Positions 1-7,566 of a stretch of DNA of 64,000 nucleotides are shown one piece after another. This DNA is from an uncultured virus (IMG/VR IMGVR_UViG_3300030330_006222). Lineage: Duplodnaviria > Heunggongvirae > Uroviricota > Caudoviricetes. The position numbers and the translations under genes were made by a program. Location: IMG/VR virus record IMGVR_UViG_3300030330_006222; one strand, given 5' to 3'. Numbering within the stretch: the stretch's first letter is position 1; each line of letters begins with the position of its first letter. The notes below the pieces were generated by a model. That model searched no databases. It was not told the origin of the DNA and saw nothing but the letters and a program-made list of their open reading frames with translations.

Positions 1-2117
1 CTAAGCTTGTCAACTTCTACTTCTTGTTCACTTAGATTTTGCTTTTTATTGTCGATTTCTCGCTTAATTTTTTGGTATTTCTCAAGCTCAAAGTTGTCAA
101 TAAACTCTAATACTCTCTCGTAGAGACCTTGCTTGATCTTAAGAGTATCTTCGTCCTCTCCGACCTTCAGCTGCAAAGATGTTACTTGGTTTTCTTTGTG
201 GCGTATTTGCTTTGTAATATTAGCAATATCGATAATCTCTGCTGGTATTGAGTCAATTTTGCCCTGTATCTCGGTGCAATTAGATGATAACAACTCTAGA
301 TTATTCTTCAATCCTTCGCACTTGTTTCTTTGTTCTTGCAGTTCTACTCTAGTGCTGTCAAGGGCTTCGATCGTTTGTTGAATATCTTCTTCGTAGTTCT
401 TGGTTTCTAGTCTCTTTAGTGCACCCTTAAGGTCAACAGAATCTTCTTTTGCAAGTTTAAACTTTTGCTCAAACAGCTCTAGATCCAAGAACTTAGCTAT
501 GATTTCTTTACGTCGTGTCGAGCCCTCGTCAATGAACGCTAGCGCGCCATGTTGTGATGATAGCGACGACACTGAGAAATCTTCTAACGTGCCAAACTGC
601 TTTCGTATGTTCGCATCTGTTTGTGTTCTAGTCGTGCCGTTCAATGATACAACCTCACCCATTACTGGGTCAAACACTTCGAAGTTGAGATCGGTCTTCG
701 CCTCAAGTGTTTCTTGTCCCTTTAAGCGTTTAGTATATTTCTTGGCGGCTCTCTCGACCGTAAATGTACGATCACCAATCTGTATCTCTACCTTTCCTCG
801 ACAGTATTCCTTATTCTGGTTAATAACATTGAGATTCTTGCGCTCATTTTTCGAGGTTGAGTTAAAAAGAGTCCAAAGCACACCGTCAACAATAGAACTT
901 TTGCCAGAATAGTTTTTGCCGAAGATCCCGACAATGCCGCTAAGTTCATTAAAATTAACACTGTTGTCTTCTCCGTAATTAAATAAGTTATCAAACTCAA
1001 AATTTACCAATTTCCAATTAACATTTCTGGAGATATCTTCGTTATCTTCAACAATTTTGTTGTATTTTTTGTTCAGTTCGTAAACCTTTTCCATTGTCTC
1101 TTGCGGAACCTGGAAATCAACAAGGTATTCGTCCATTAGTTCTTCTTGTACGCTAATGTCACGCAAGTTCTCAGTCTTCAGTTCGTCTGTGAGTCCTTCG
1201 ACGGAGCCGCGCTCACCTGACGCTCGATTAAGAAACGAAATGCTTTCTGGCTTAAAACGATGCTTTGCAATATCAACCGCACGACGCATCACGTCCAACG
1301 GAAGATTATTGTTGCTAACAAGCCGCAAACGGGCGCCAGACGGAATAGAAATATTCTTTGGCATCCGTCCCTTACGAGTAAGCTCAATAGTAATAAACGG
1401 CTTAGGATTTGTAAGCGACACGTGTCTTGTGTCCCACATATTCTTGTCTTGAATATGCCACATCAAGTAACCCTTGTCGTTACTTTCGCCGTGGTTTTGC
1501 TGTACAAGGGAGCCGGGGTACTTGGCTCGACCATCAGCATCTACCTTCTGGTCAGTCTTGTGAATATCACCTAACAACGCATAATCATACTTCTCAAGTT
1601 CATCAAGAGAAATATCGCCGTGCGTCATCATCCACCCGGTATCTGTGACCGAGCCAACAACAGAGCCGTGATATAAGGCAATATTAACACGATCCTCTGG
1701 CAAATCTGTTTGCCAATTGTCCGGATCCACAATAGATAAAACGTGCAAATCAATACCATCTGCTACCTCCACTACTGATGAGTATTTATGAAAATGAATG
1801 TTCGGATGATCAAGGTACTCGACAATAGGCGAGATGGCGTCAAGTCGACCACTATTCTTTAGATTCATGTCGTGGTTACCCAGAATCATATGATACGGAG
1901 CGATGTCGGCTAAGCCAACAAACAAGTCACTCATCATCTTGATCGCCTCGGGGCTCAAATCAAGTTTAGTATGAAACGTATCGCCGGTGTTTACGATAAT
2001 ATCTGGCTTTTCTTCTCGCAGCTTTTCGTACAACTGTTCAAATACAGCACGATATTCTTTATGATATTTTAACTTTCGCACGTGAATATCTGAAACGTGC
2101 GCGATTTTAATGCTCAC
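1..2117 (-). CDS. Fused Mre11/SbcD nuclease - Rad50/SbcC ATPase (T4 gp47-gp46 equivalent); 3' end runs off the window
   Basis: Hand translation from GTG at 2117 (SD AGGAGA upstream) gives MSIKIAHVSDIH...NTGDTFH...ILGNHD...YHGSV...LGDIH...YPGSLVQQNHGE (metallophosphoesterase motifs). It continues without a stop into WKLVNFEFDNLFNYG...GIFGKNYSGKSS (Walker A) and then coiled coil. Missing from the ORF track because no stop lies in the window. Confidence 0.93.
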   Translation of the reverse strand, partial: MSIKIAHVSDIHVRKLKYHKEYRAVFEQLYEKLREEKPDIIVNTGDTFHTKLDLSPEAIKMMSDLFVGLADIAPYHMILGNHDMNLKNSGRLDAISPIVEYLDHPNIHFHKYSSVVEVADGIDLHVLSIVDPDNWQTDLPEDRVNIALYHGSVVGSVTDTGWMMTHGDISLDELEKYDYALLGDIHKTDQKVDADGRAKYPGSLVQQNHGESNDKGYLMWHIQDKNMWDTRHVSLTNPKPFITIELTRKGRMPKNISIPSGARLRLVSNNNLPLDVMRRAVDIAKHRFKPESISFLNRASGERGSVEGLTDELKTENLRDISVQEELMDEYLVDFQVPQETMEKVYELNKKYNKIVEDNEDISRNVNWKLVNFEFDNLFNYGEDNSVNFNELSGIVGIFGKNYSGKSSIVDGVLWTLFNSTSKNERKNLNVINQNKEYCRGKVEIQIGDRTFTVERAAKKYTKRLKGQETLEAKTDLNFEVFDPVMGEVVSLNGTTRTQTDANIRKQFGTLEDFSVSSLSSQHGALAFIDEGSTRRKEIIAKFLDLELFEQKFKLAKEDSVDLKGALKRLETKNYEEDIQQTIEALDSTRVELQEQRNKCEGLKNNLELLSSNCTEIQGKIDSIPAEIIDIANITKQIRHKENQVTSLQLKVGEDEDTLKIKQGLYERVLEFIDNFELEKYQKIKREIDNKKQNLSEQEVEVDKL

Positions 2118-2187
2118 AAACTCTCCTAGTTTACATTATCCAAAAGAGGTCGCCAAAATCAAACATATAGACCCCTCTGATAGTTAT

Positions 2188-2216
2188 ACTATATCATCCC
2201 CGATCTGGCGTGTCAA
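2188..2216 (-). promoter_or_regulatory. Host sigma70-type (early/middle) promoter for the Mre11-Rad50 gene
   Basis: Minus strand reads TTGACA (2216-2211), a 17-nt spacer ending TGA, then TATAGT (2193-2188); extended -10 TG present. Confidence 0.85.
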
Positions 2217-2221
2217 GTGTT

Positions 2222-3067
2222 TTATTGATATAATTCGGGCTTGTAGGTATCTTTGCCCTTAGTACCGCGGTCTGCGTTTTTCTGCATAAGCGCATCAAGA
2301 GCAATAGAATATGATGAGGTCAGCAGCTTTGCGGGACCATCTGGGGTCTGCACTGTTACAAACTGACCTTGCCCTTCAGAACCCCACTGCTTCATGTCGT
2401 CTACCATTTTACCTAAACTTTGTACGTCCATTCTCTTATAAAAATTAAACAAGTCCTCTTTAGTAGCGCCGCCAGTAAACGTATCTCTGTAGCCGTCTGG
2501 CAGCACCTCATAAGGTACGTAAATCAATGGCAGTGCTGTTGCTTGACCGCCTTCAAAGCTCTGAGCATGTTTATTCCCAGGATTTACAAGAAACTTGCCT
2601 TTTCGCACAAACTCTCTATCAAGTATGTTCACTCTAATGTCTTTTGCGTCATCAGAGCTTTGCTGTAATCCAAGATCCGCTAACAAGTCTGGTGGTACTT
2701 TACCTTCTTTCCCTGCTGTTTTAATTGCATCCTTGAGAGCATCAAGGCGAGCTTGTTCATATTCACCGCCAATCTTGATAGCTTTCTTAATCTTGCTAGC
2801 AGCCATGGCGGTAGCTTCGGCTTCCATTGACTCTCTATCTGCTATTTCAGAACCAAACCCGAGAGCCGCAACTGCCCAGATTGGTAAAGCATATTTCTTA
2901 GCAGCTTTTTTGATTTTATCGAGAACAGTTTCTTCAAACAAAAGTGTCTGTTCTTCTGTGAGATCAAGTTCCATTTCCGAGACAACTTCGCTGATTGTTT
3001 GTTTGACGATGCGAAGCGCTATCTCTTCGCGAATAATGCGACTTAATTTTGCTTCACTAATCTGCAT
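2222..3067 (-). CDS. Hypothetical protein with acidic leader (putative head-internal/virion protein)
   Basis: 281-aa ORF. Leader MQISEAKLSRIIREEI...LLFEE is followed by a basic plus hydrophobic segment (KIKKAAKKYALPIWAVAALGFG). Confidence 0.6.
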   Translation of the reverse strand: MQISEAKLSRIIREEIALRIVKQTISEVVSEMELDLTEEQTLLFEETVLDKIKKAAKKYALPIWAVAALGFGSEIADRESMEAEATAMAASKIKKAIKIGGEYEQARLDALKDAIKTAGKEGKVPPDLLADLGLQQSSDDAKDIRVNILDREFVRKGKFLVNPGNKHAQSFEGGQATALPLIYVPYEVLPDGYRDTFTGGATKEDLFNFYKRMDVQSLGKMVDDMKQWGSEGQGQFVTVQTPDGPAKLLTSSYSIALDALMQKNADRGTKGKDTYKPELYQ

Positions 3068-3729
3068 TATTTTTTGCCGGGCTCAAACTTGAATTTTTTA
3101 GCTCTGCTCTTTCGCGGACCACCTTCATAGCCAGGCGAGGGATCGCTAACTCTAATTCTTTTCACATCTTCAGGGTTTTCCATATCTAAAAAATCCTGCG
3201 TTCTTTCGATATCTTTTAATAGGCTGTCTCTGACTACCTCCGCTGCCGGAAGTGCTTTGATGCGTTCTTTTCTAGCTTGTTCCAATTCAGCCTTTTCTTT
3301 TTCATCAGCAGCTTTATCTGCTTGTTTTGCTTTGATATATTTTGCACCGAAATTAGTTAATTCTAATGCAGCCATATCACTGAAGTCTGATACATAACCA
3401 ATCATTAAATAAGGATAGTAAACAAGTCTATAGAAAAACGGGTGATCTTTTTTAATTTCCTCTGATTTGGTTTGGAACCACTGTGCGAATTTATCACCAT
3501 ATTTATCCAGCGCACTTAAGATTTCTGGTCCGTGGCGAGGAATGCTGCTGATCGCTTTTCGACCTATTTCAGAACGCACCATAACTTGCATAACGTTAGC
3601 AATTGTGCGGATAGTTTGAATTGACAGCACCATGGCGCCGAGACCTTCTTCTAAAATTTCGCCCTCGGATTCCCATTTACGAAAATTCTCAATCAATAAT
3701 TTTTGTTGTTCGTAGTGCGATTTACTCAT
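3067..3729 (-). CDS. Hypothetical protein with QKLLIENFxKW leader (putative head-internal/virion protein)
   Basis: 220-aa ORF. N-terminus MSKSHYEQQKLLIENFRKW is shared with the upstream neighbour. Confidence 0.6.
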   Translation of the reverse strand: MSKSHYEQQKLLIENFRKWESEGEILEEGLGAMVLSIQTIRTIANVMQVMVRSEIGRKAISSIPRHGPEILSALDKYGDKFAQWFQTKSEEIKKDHPFFYRLVYYPYLMIGYVSDFSDMAALELTNFGAKYIKAKQADKAADEKEKAELEQARKERIKALPAAEVVRDSLLKDIERTQDFLDMENPEDVKRIRVSDPSPGYEGGPRKSRAKKFKFEPGKK

Positions 3730-4228
3730 GGCTATCTTCCTCTATACCCATGTCTTTGTAAAAGTCGTCAAGCTGTTGATCTCTGGATTGTTCTGGTTCA
3801 GCTTCAGGTTGTTCTTCTTCCTCGGCGCCAGAGCCAATTATCCTTTTTATGACTGCAAGTGCTACATTCTGCTTAACAGTTACCGGATTTAAATCGTGCC
3901 CGTACACGGTGGCTAATTTGCCAACTATACCAGTTTTTTCTTTAAGCGCACCCAGACCGTCAGTTGCTTCTTGGCTAAGCTTTTTAAGTTCCTTGGGCAC
4001 ATCTTTTCTTTTTTGAATTTGTTTATTGACATCGGTCAAATCATCATAGAAAGAAATAGCAGACCAAATTGCACCCAAAAGCTTACCAATCAAAGCAGAG
4101 CCAATTATTTCATTAAGTTGCTCCTCAGAAAGTTCTTCTAATTCTTCGGTGGAGTCTTGAGCTTCCTTAATCCACTTATTAAAGTTTTCAATTAATAGCT
4201 TTTGTTCTTCCAGATGTTTTTTAGACAT
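3722..4228 (-). CDS. Hypothetical protein with QKLLIENFxKW leader (putative head-internal/virion protein)
   Basis: 168-aa ORF: MSKKHLEEQKLLIENFNKW...QLNE then an amphipathic IIGSALIGKLLGAIWSAISF. Preceded by the ACTATTTA motif. Confidence 0.6.
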   Translation of the reverse strand: MSKKHLEEQKLLIENFNKWIKEAQDSTEELEELSEEQLNEIIGSALIGKLLGAIWSAISFYDDLTDVNKQIQKRKDVPKELKKLSQEATDGLGALKEKTGIVGKLATVYGHDLNPVTVKQNVALAVIKRIIGSGAEEEEQPEAEPEQSRDQQLDDFYKDMGIEEDSHE

Positions 4229-4251
4229 TATGATACCTATATTTCTCCCTA

Positions 4252-4259
4252 TAAATAGT
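4252..4259 (-). promoter_or_regulatory. Putative late promoter ACTATTTA
   Basis: Lies 23 nt upstream of the ATG at 4228; the same octamer precedes other virion genes. Confidence 0.6.
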
Positions 4260-4287
4260 TGCGTGTTTTAATAAAGGGAGAGGACGA

Positions 4288-4776
4288 TTATGTTTTTTGT
4301 TTCTTTCTAGTCTCAAGAAAGTTTAAGTAGTCATCAGGCAACTTATCGTAGTAGCTTGTTTTCTTAAGCGACTTGTTAGCTTCTGACAAAACTTTTCTAT
4401 GCGCGATGTTTACCATGAAGTGTGGTGCTTGGGCTCTGGGGTTGTAACCTTCAACCGATACTTGATCATTAGGGTTGAAGCAAATACTCTTGTGGTTAGG
4501 CATACCCTCTTGTTTCAGCAACTTGTTTACAAACACTTGAAACTTCTTGGTTTGTTCTGCCGGCACATCTTCTTTTATTGTCAGCAGTGCGCTTTCGTAA
4601 TCAGATTCCTTAAACTCTTGAATTAGCTCTATCAAATTCTTCTCGCCAACTTCAGCCATCATCAACTTATTGGCGTCAAGCTCGGGACCAGCAAACGGAC
4701 AAACCGCTTTGCCGCTGAATTCTTCTCTTTTTTCTCGCAAGACATTGTTGATATAGTCTTTGATTTCTTTGCTCAT
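4288..4776 (-). CDS. Conserved hypothetical protein (CPFA motif, DUF1415-like)
   Basis: 162 aa with AVCPFA near the N-terminus and NPRAQAPH later; SD GGAG upstream. Confidence 0.5.
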   Translation of the reverse strand: MSKEIKDYINNVLREKREEFSGKAVCPFAGPELDANKLMMAEVGEKNLIELIQEFKESDYESALLTIKEDVPAEQTKKFQVFVNKLLKQEGMPNHKSICFNPNDQVSVEGYNPRAQAPHFMVNIAHRKVLSEANKSLKKTSYYDKLPDDYLNFLETRKKQKT

Positions 4777-4784
4777 TATTACTC

Positions 4785-5723
4785 CTATATAGCAGACAGC
4801 ATATTCAACAAGAGATAATTATCTCGGTCGATATATGATGCGTTTTTCTTTCTTTCGTCGAAGACTTCTTTAGGCATAGAGCCTACGTCCTCATACCCCT
4901 CGACATCGATTTTATAAAGTTCGATATCATAGCGAAGCAACATCTCAATAATCCGTCTTTCTTTCTTCGCGGCGTCTGGATCGAGTGCGATGTAGATTGG
5001 GGTGTCGTTCCGTACAATCTTTCGTAATAAGTCGGACCCCGACCGTAGGGTTGAACCCAATATAGGAACAGCATTTCCGGCGACCAGTGCATCAAAAACT
5101 CCTTCGACCAATACTAGGTCATCACTCCAGTCAATAAATAGGTCGTTAAATACTATATCCTTCGACGCTCTTGGGTTTTTATACTTATAAGAGTCTCCGG
5201 TATAGGATCTAGCGACAAAGTAGCTACAATCGCCATCTTCGTCGAAAGATGGCACAATAATTCTATTGCGATATTCGCCCTCAAAGCAAAAACCGATCTT
5301 CCATTTTAGAATATCGGCTTTTGTGATTCCTCTAGAATCAAGATATTTCATAGCATAGCGACCTGTGGCAGGTAACTTATCAGAAGAAAGGCTTATAAAT
5401 TCTTGCGGTAGAGGTACCTTCTGGTTCCCTCTTTCAGGCTGTACCTCATCAAAAAGGTCAGCAAATCTTTCCAAGTCTGCACGACCCGACGTTGCGTCCC
5501 ATTTCTGTAGTTGTGTATAGGAACCAAAACGGCGAATAATGCGCCTAATATTACGACCCCTATAATCACAAACCCAACACTTAAAAACATTTTTATCGAG
5601 GTTAACAGAGAATTTACGCTTATGGTGACCACACGCCGGACACGTGTAAAGAAGTTCGTGTCCTTTGTCGATGTGGTTACCAAGCGTTTCATCTAAAATC
5701 TTCTTTGCTTCTTTCTTGTTCAT
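4785..5723 (-). CDS. DNA primase (DnaG-type; Zn-binding plus TOPRIM)
   Basis: CPAC...CWVC zinc motif, YRNRIIVP, YFVARSY, and TOPRIM motifs LVEGVFDA, ALDPDA, EDVG. Confidence 0.93.
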   Translation of the reverse strand: MNKKEAKKILDETLGNHIDKGHELLYTCPACGHHKRKFSVNLDKNVFKCWVCDYRGRNIRRIIRRFGSYTQLQKWDATSGRADLERFADLFDEVQPERGNQKVPLPQEFISLSSDKLPATGRYAMKYLDSRGITKADILKWKIGFCFEGEYRNRIIVPSFDEDGDCSYFVARSYTGDSYKYKNPRASKDIVFNDLFIDWSDDLVLVEGVFDALVAGNAVPILGSTLRSGSDLLRKIVRNDTPIYIALDPDAAKKERRIIEMLLRYDIELYKIDVEGYEDVGSMPKEVFDERKKNASYIDRDNYLLLNMLSAI

Positions 5724-5737
5724 ACATCCTCAGACAT

Positions 5738-5766
5738 AACTTAACACAAGATCCAAAACTAGTCAA
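5738..5766 (-). promoter_or_regulatory. Host sigma70-type promoter for primase
   Basis: TTGACT (5766-5761), 17-nt spacer ending TGT, TAAGTT (5743-5738). Confidence 0.65.
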
Positions 5767-5772
5767 TATATT

Positions 5773-6201
5773 TTATTCTTCTACTTCGACAACTTCAACT
5801 TCAAAGGTAAGATCCTTGCCAGCAAGAGGGTGATTAAAGTCAAGCACAACTGACTCCTCTTCTACCTCATGAATGGTTGCTCTAAACGGTCCTTGTGGAC
5901 CTTGCCCCATAACAGCTCCGCCAACCTCAAACACAAAATCATCCTCAAACTGTGTCTTAGGGACATTTTGGAACGCATCTGGGTTCACTTGTCCATAGGC
6001 GTCGTCTGGTCCAAGAGTGATAGTCTTGGTTTCGCCGGTTGTCATACCAACCACCGCGTTGCTAAAACCAGTGATGAGACCTGGTGAGCCCACCTGGAAG
6101 TCTAAAGTTTTGCCCCTGGTCCTTGAATTGTCAAACTCAGTTCCATCAGCGAGGGTACCGACGTAATGTACCTTAATGTTGTGTCCGTTTTCTACTTTCA
6201 T
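5773..6201 (-). CDS. FKBP-type peptidyl-prolyl isomerase, SlyD/SlpA-like with insert-in-flap domain
   Basis: VHYVGTLADGTEFDNS...LITGF...PDDAYG...VLDFNHPLAGKDLTFEVEV; no His-rich tail; SD AAGGAG. Confidence 0.95.
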   Translation of the reverse strand: MKVENGHNIKVHYVGTLADGTEFDNSRTRGKTLDFQVGSPGLITGFSNAVVGMTTGETKTITLGPDDAYGQVNPDAFQNVPKTQFEDDFVFEVGGAVMGQGPQGPFRATIHEVEEESVVLDFNHPLAGKDLTFEVEVVEVEE

Positions 6202-6236
6202 TATATCTCCTTATAGCTAACAAAAATATTAAATCA

Positions 6237-6265
6237 ACTATAACATAGCTAGGAGTGTTTGTCAA
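6237..6265 (-). promoter_or_regulatory. Host sigma70-type promoter for the FKBP gene
   Basis: TTGACA (6265-6260), 17-nt spacer ending TGT, TATAGT (6242-6237). Confidence 0.85.
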
Positions 6266-6268
6266 GTA

Positions 6269-6634
6269 TTAACTTGTAACGTATCGAACTGTTGGTGGAG
6301 TCGTTGGAGCAGCTGTGCTTGCTTCTGCGGCACCAGTAACACACCAGTGACTAAAACCATTAGAAAAGGCGATTCCCTCTGGAAATACGTAACTACGCTT
6401 AGAACTCGCTGGGCAATATAAAACCATGGTCGCCGCAGTTGTACCGGCTGTAGCATCTGCCACATCAGCTAACTTAAAGTAAACCGCCGTACTATAGCTA
6501 GAATTATCGATTTCCACCATGTATAAAGTACCAGATGCGCCCGTCGTGTTGTCTACTGCTGAATTGGTAGCACCAGTATCTTGTACGATTTTACTACCTA
6601 AAGGGTTTGATTGATTTGTAACTGTGACGGCCAT
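6269..6634 (-). CDS. Small Thr/Ala/Ser-rich beta-strand protein, probable virion structural/decoration protein
   Basis: 121 aa with strong SD (AAGGAG), preceded by ACTATTTA; composition typical of virion proteins. Confidence 0.55.
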   Translation of the reverse strand: MAVTVTNQSNPLGSKIVQDTGATNSAVDNTTGASGTLYMVEIDNSSYSTAVYFKLADVADATAGTTAATMVLYCPASSKRSYVFPEGIAFSNGFSHWCVTGAAEASTAAPTTPPTVRYVTS

Positions 6635-6662
6635 TTAATGGTTCTCCTTGAATATGTACATA

Positions 6663-6670
6663 TAAATAGT
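6663..6670 (-). promoter_or_regulatory. Putative late promoter ACTATTTA
   Basis: Intergenic, 28 nt upstream of the ATG at 6634. Confidence 0.6.
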
Positions 6671-6672
6671 AT

Positions 6673-7227
6673 CTAACTTTCTATTTCCCATCCAGCCTTA
6701 GCAATAACTATTGCATCGGCGCGATCGTAGCTTTCTGGTTTAGGGTTTCCGTGTTTTGTGTACTCTATCTTAAATGCTGGCTCTGTCTCTAGCAGATGCT
6801 CTAAAACAACCTGTTTTGCTTTCTGTCCTCGCGGAACCTTAATTCCTATTTGCTTACGTGCTGACGTTGCTCCGATGTATTCAGGGCGTATCTCAAACAC
6901 CTCAAATAACAACCAGGAAACGATGCCATTAAAGCGCTGGAGTGCTGCCATAGTTTTGCCAGATGAACCACCAGAGTTAAAAAACGTAAATGGCTGCTCA
7001 ATATAGATGTGCTCTATCGGATAATCTGCTCCGCCCATGCGCATGGAGTCGTCATTGTTACACTGATACATTTCGTACAAATCTAGTATTTTTTCTTTTA
7101 TGGCTATTGTTTTGTCAAACACATTTTTGTGTTTTCTCATATCAATTGAATCATAATATACAAGCTGCCCATCTGCGACAACCGCAAACCCAGTGATGCT
7201 TGTTGAAACATCTACTCCTAAAATCAT
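6673..7227 (-). CDS. RuvC-like Holliday junction resolvase
   Basis: MILGVDVSTSITGFAV, IYIEQP and DRADAIVIA: the RNase H-fold acidic residues of phage RuvC. Confidence 0.88.
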   Translation of the reverse strand: MILGVDVSTSITGFAVVADGQLVYYDSIDMRKHKNVFDKTIAIKEKILDLYEMYQCNNDDSMRMGGADYPIEHIYIEQPFTFFNSGGSSGKTMAALQRFNGIVSWLLFEVFEIRPEYIGATSARKQIGIKVPRGQKAKQVVLEHLLETEPAFKIEYTKHGNPKPESYDRADAIVIAKAGWEIES

Positions 7228-7566
7228 TTAAACCTCGTATTCTTTCCAGGCGTTCTTTTCTCGATCTATAATGTAGCCTAAATCACTTTCGTAATTATAC
7301 GCTTCTTGTTCAAATCGAATTAAATAGTAAGCCATGTCTTTGTTTCCATATTTTATCATACCTCTGATAAAATCATAAACGTACAAAGCATAAAATCCAA
7401 CAACAAATAATTCTTTTTGTTGCTCAAAGTGGATAAGTTCGTGATTCATAGTATACTCATCCACTTCTTCTGACAATATAATAAACGGAAACAGAGTTAT
7501 AGCATACACACTTATAACAACAGACAACATCTTTGTAAGAAATTTTGAGGTTATAATAATTGGCAT
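7228..7566 (-). CDS. Small HExxH zinc-metallopeptidase-like membrane-associated protein
   Basis: AITLFPFI...NHELIHFEQQKE...FEQEAY, plus hydrophobic segments. Confidence 0.65.
   Translation of the reverse strand: MPIIITSKFLTKMLSVVISVYAITLFPFIILSEEVDEYTMNHELIHFEQQKELFVVGFYALYVYDFIRGMIKYGNKDMAYYLIRFEQEAYNYESDLGYIIDREKNAWKEYEV

Noticed and set aside
133..1648. Several plus-strand ORFs and a short minus ORF in the track over the first 1.6 kb
   Set aside because: They are shadows of the Mre11-Rad50 gene, which occupies another frame with clear motifs. The same applies to the other plus-strand ORFs across the window.
4250..4257. Exact T4 late promoter TATAAATA on the plus strand (also at 6661-6668)
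   Set aside because: It points antisense to all genes, and the other copies conserve only TAAATA(GT), so the minus-strand reading fits better. Antisense transcription cannot be excluded.
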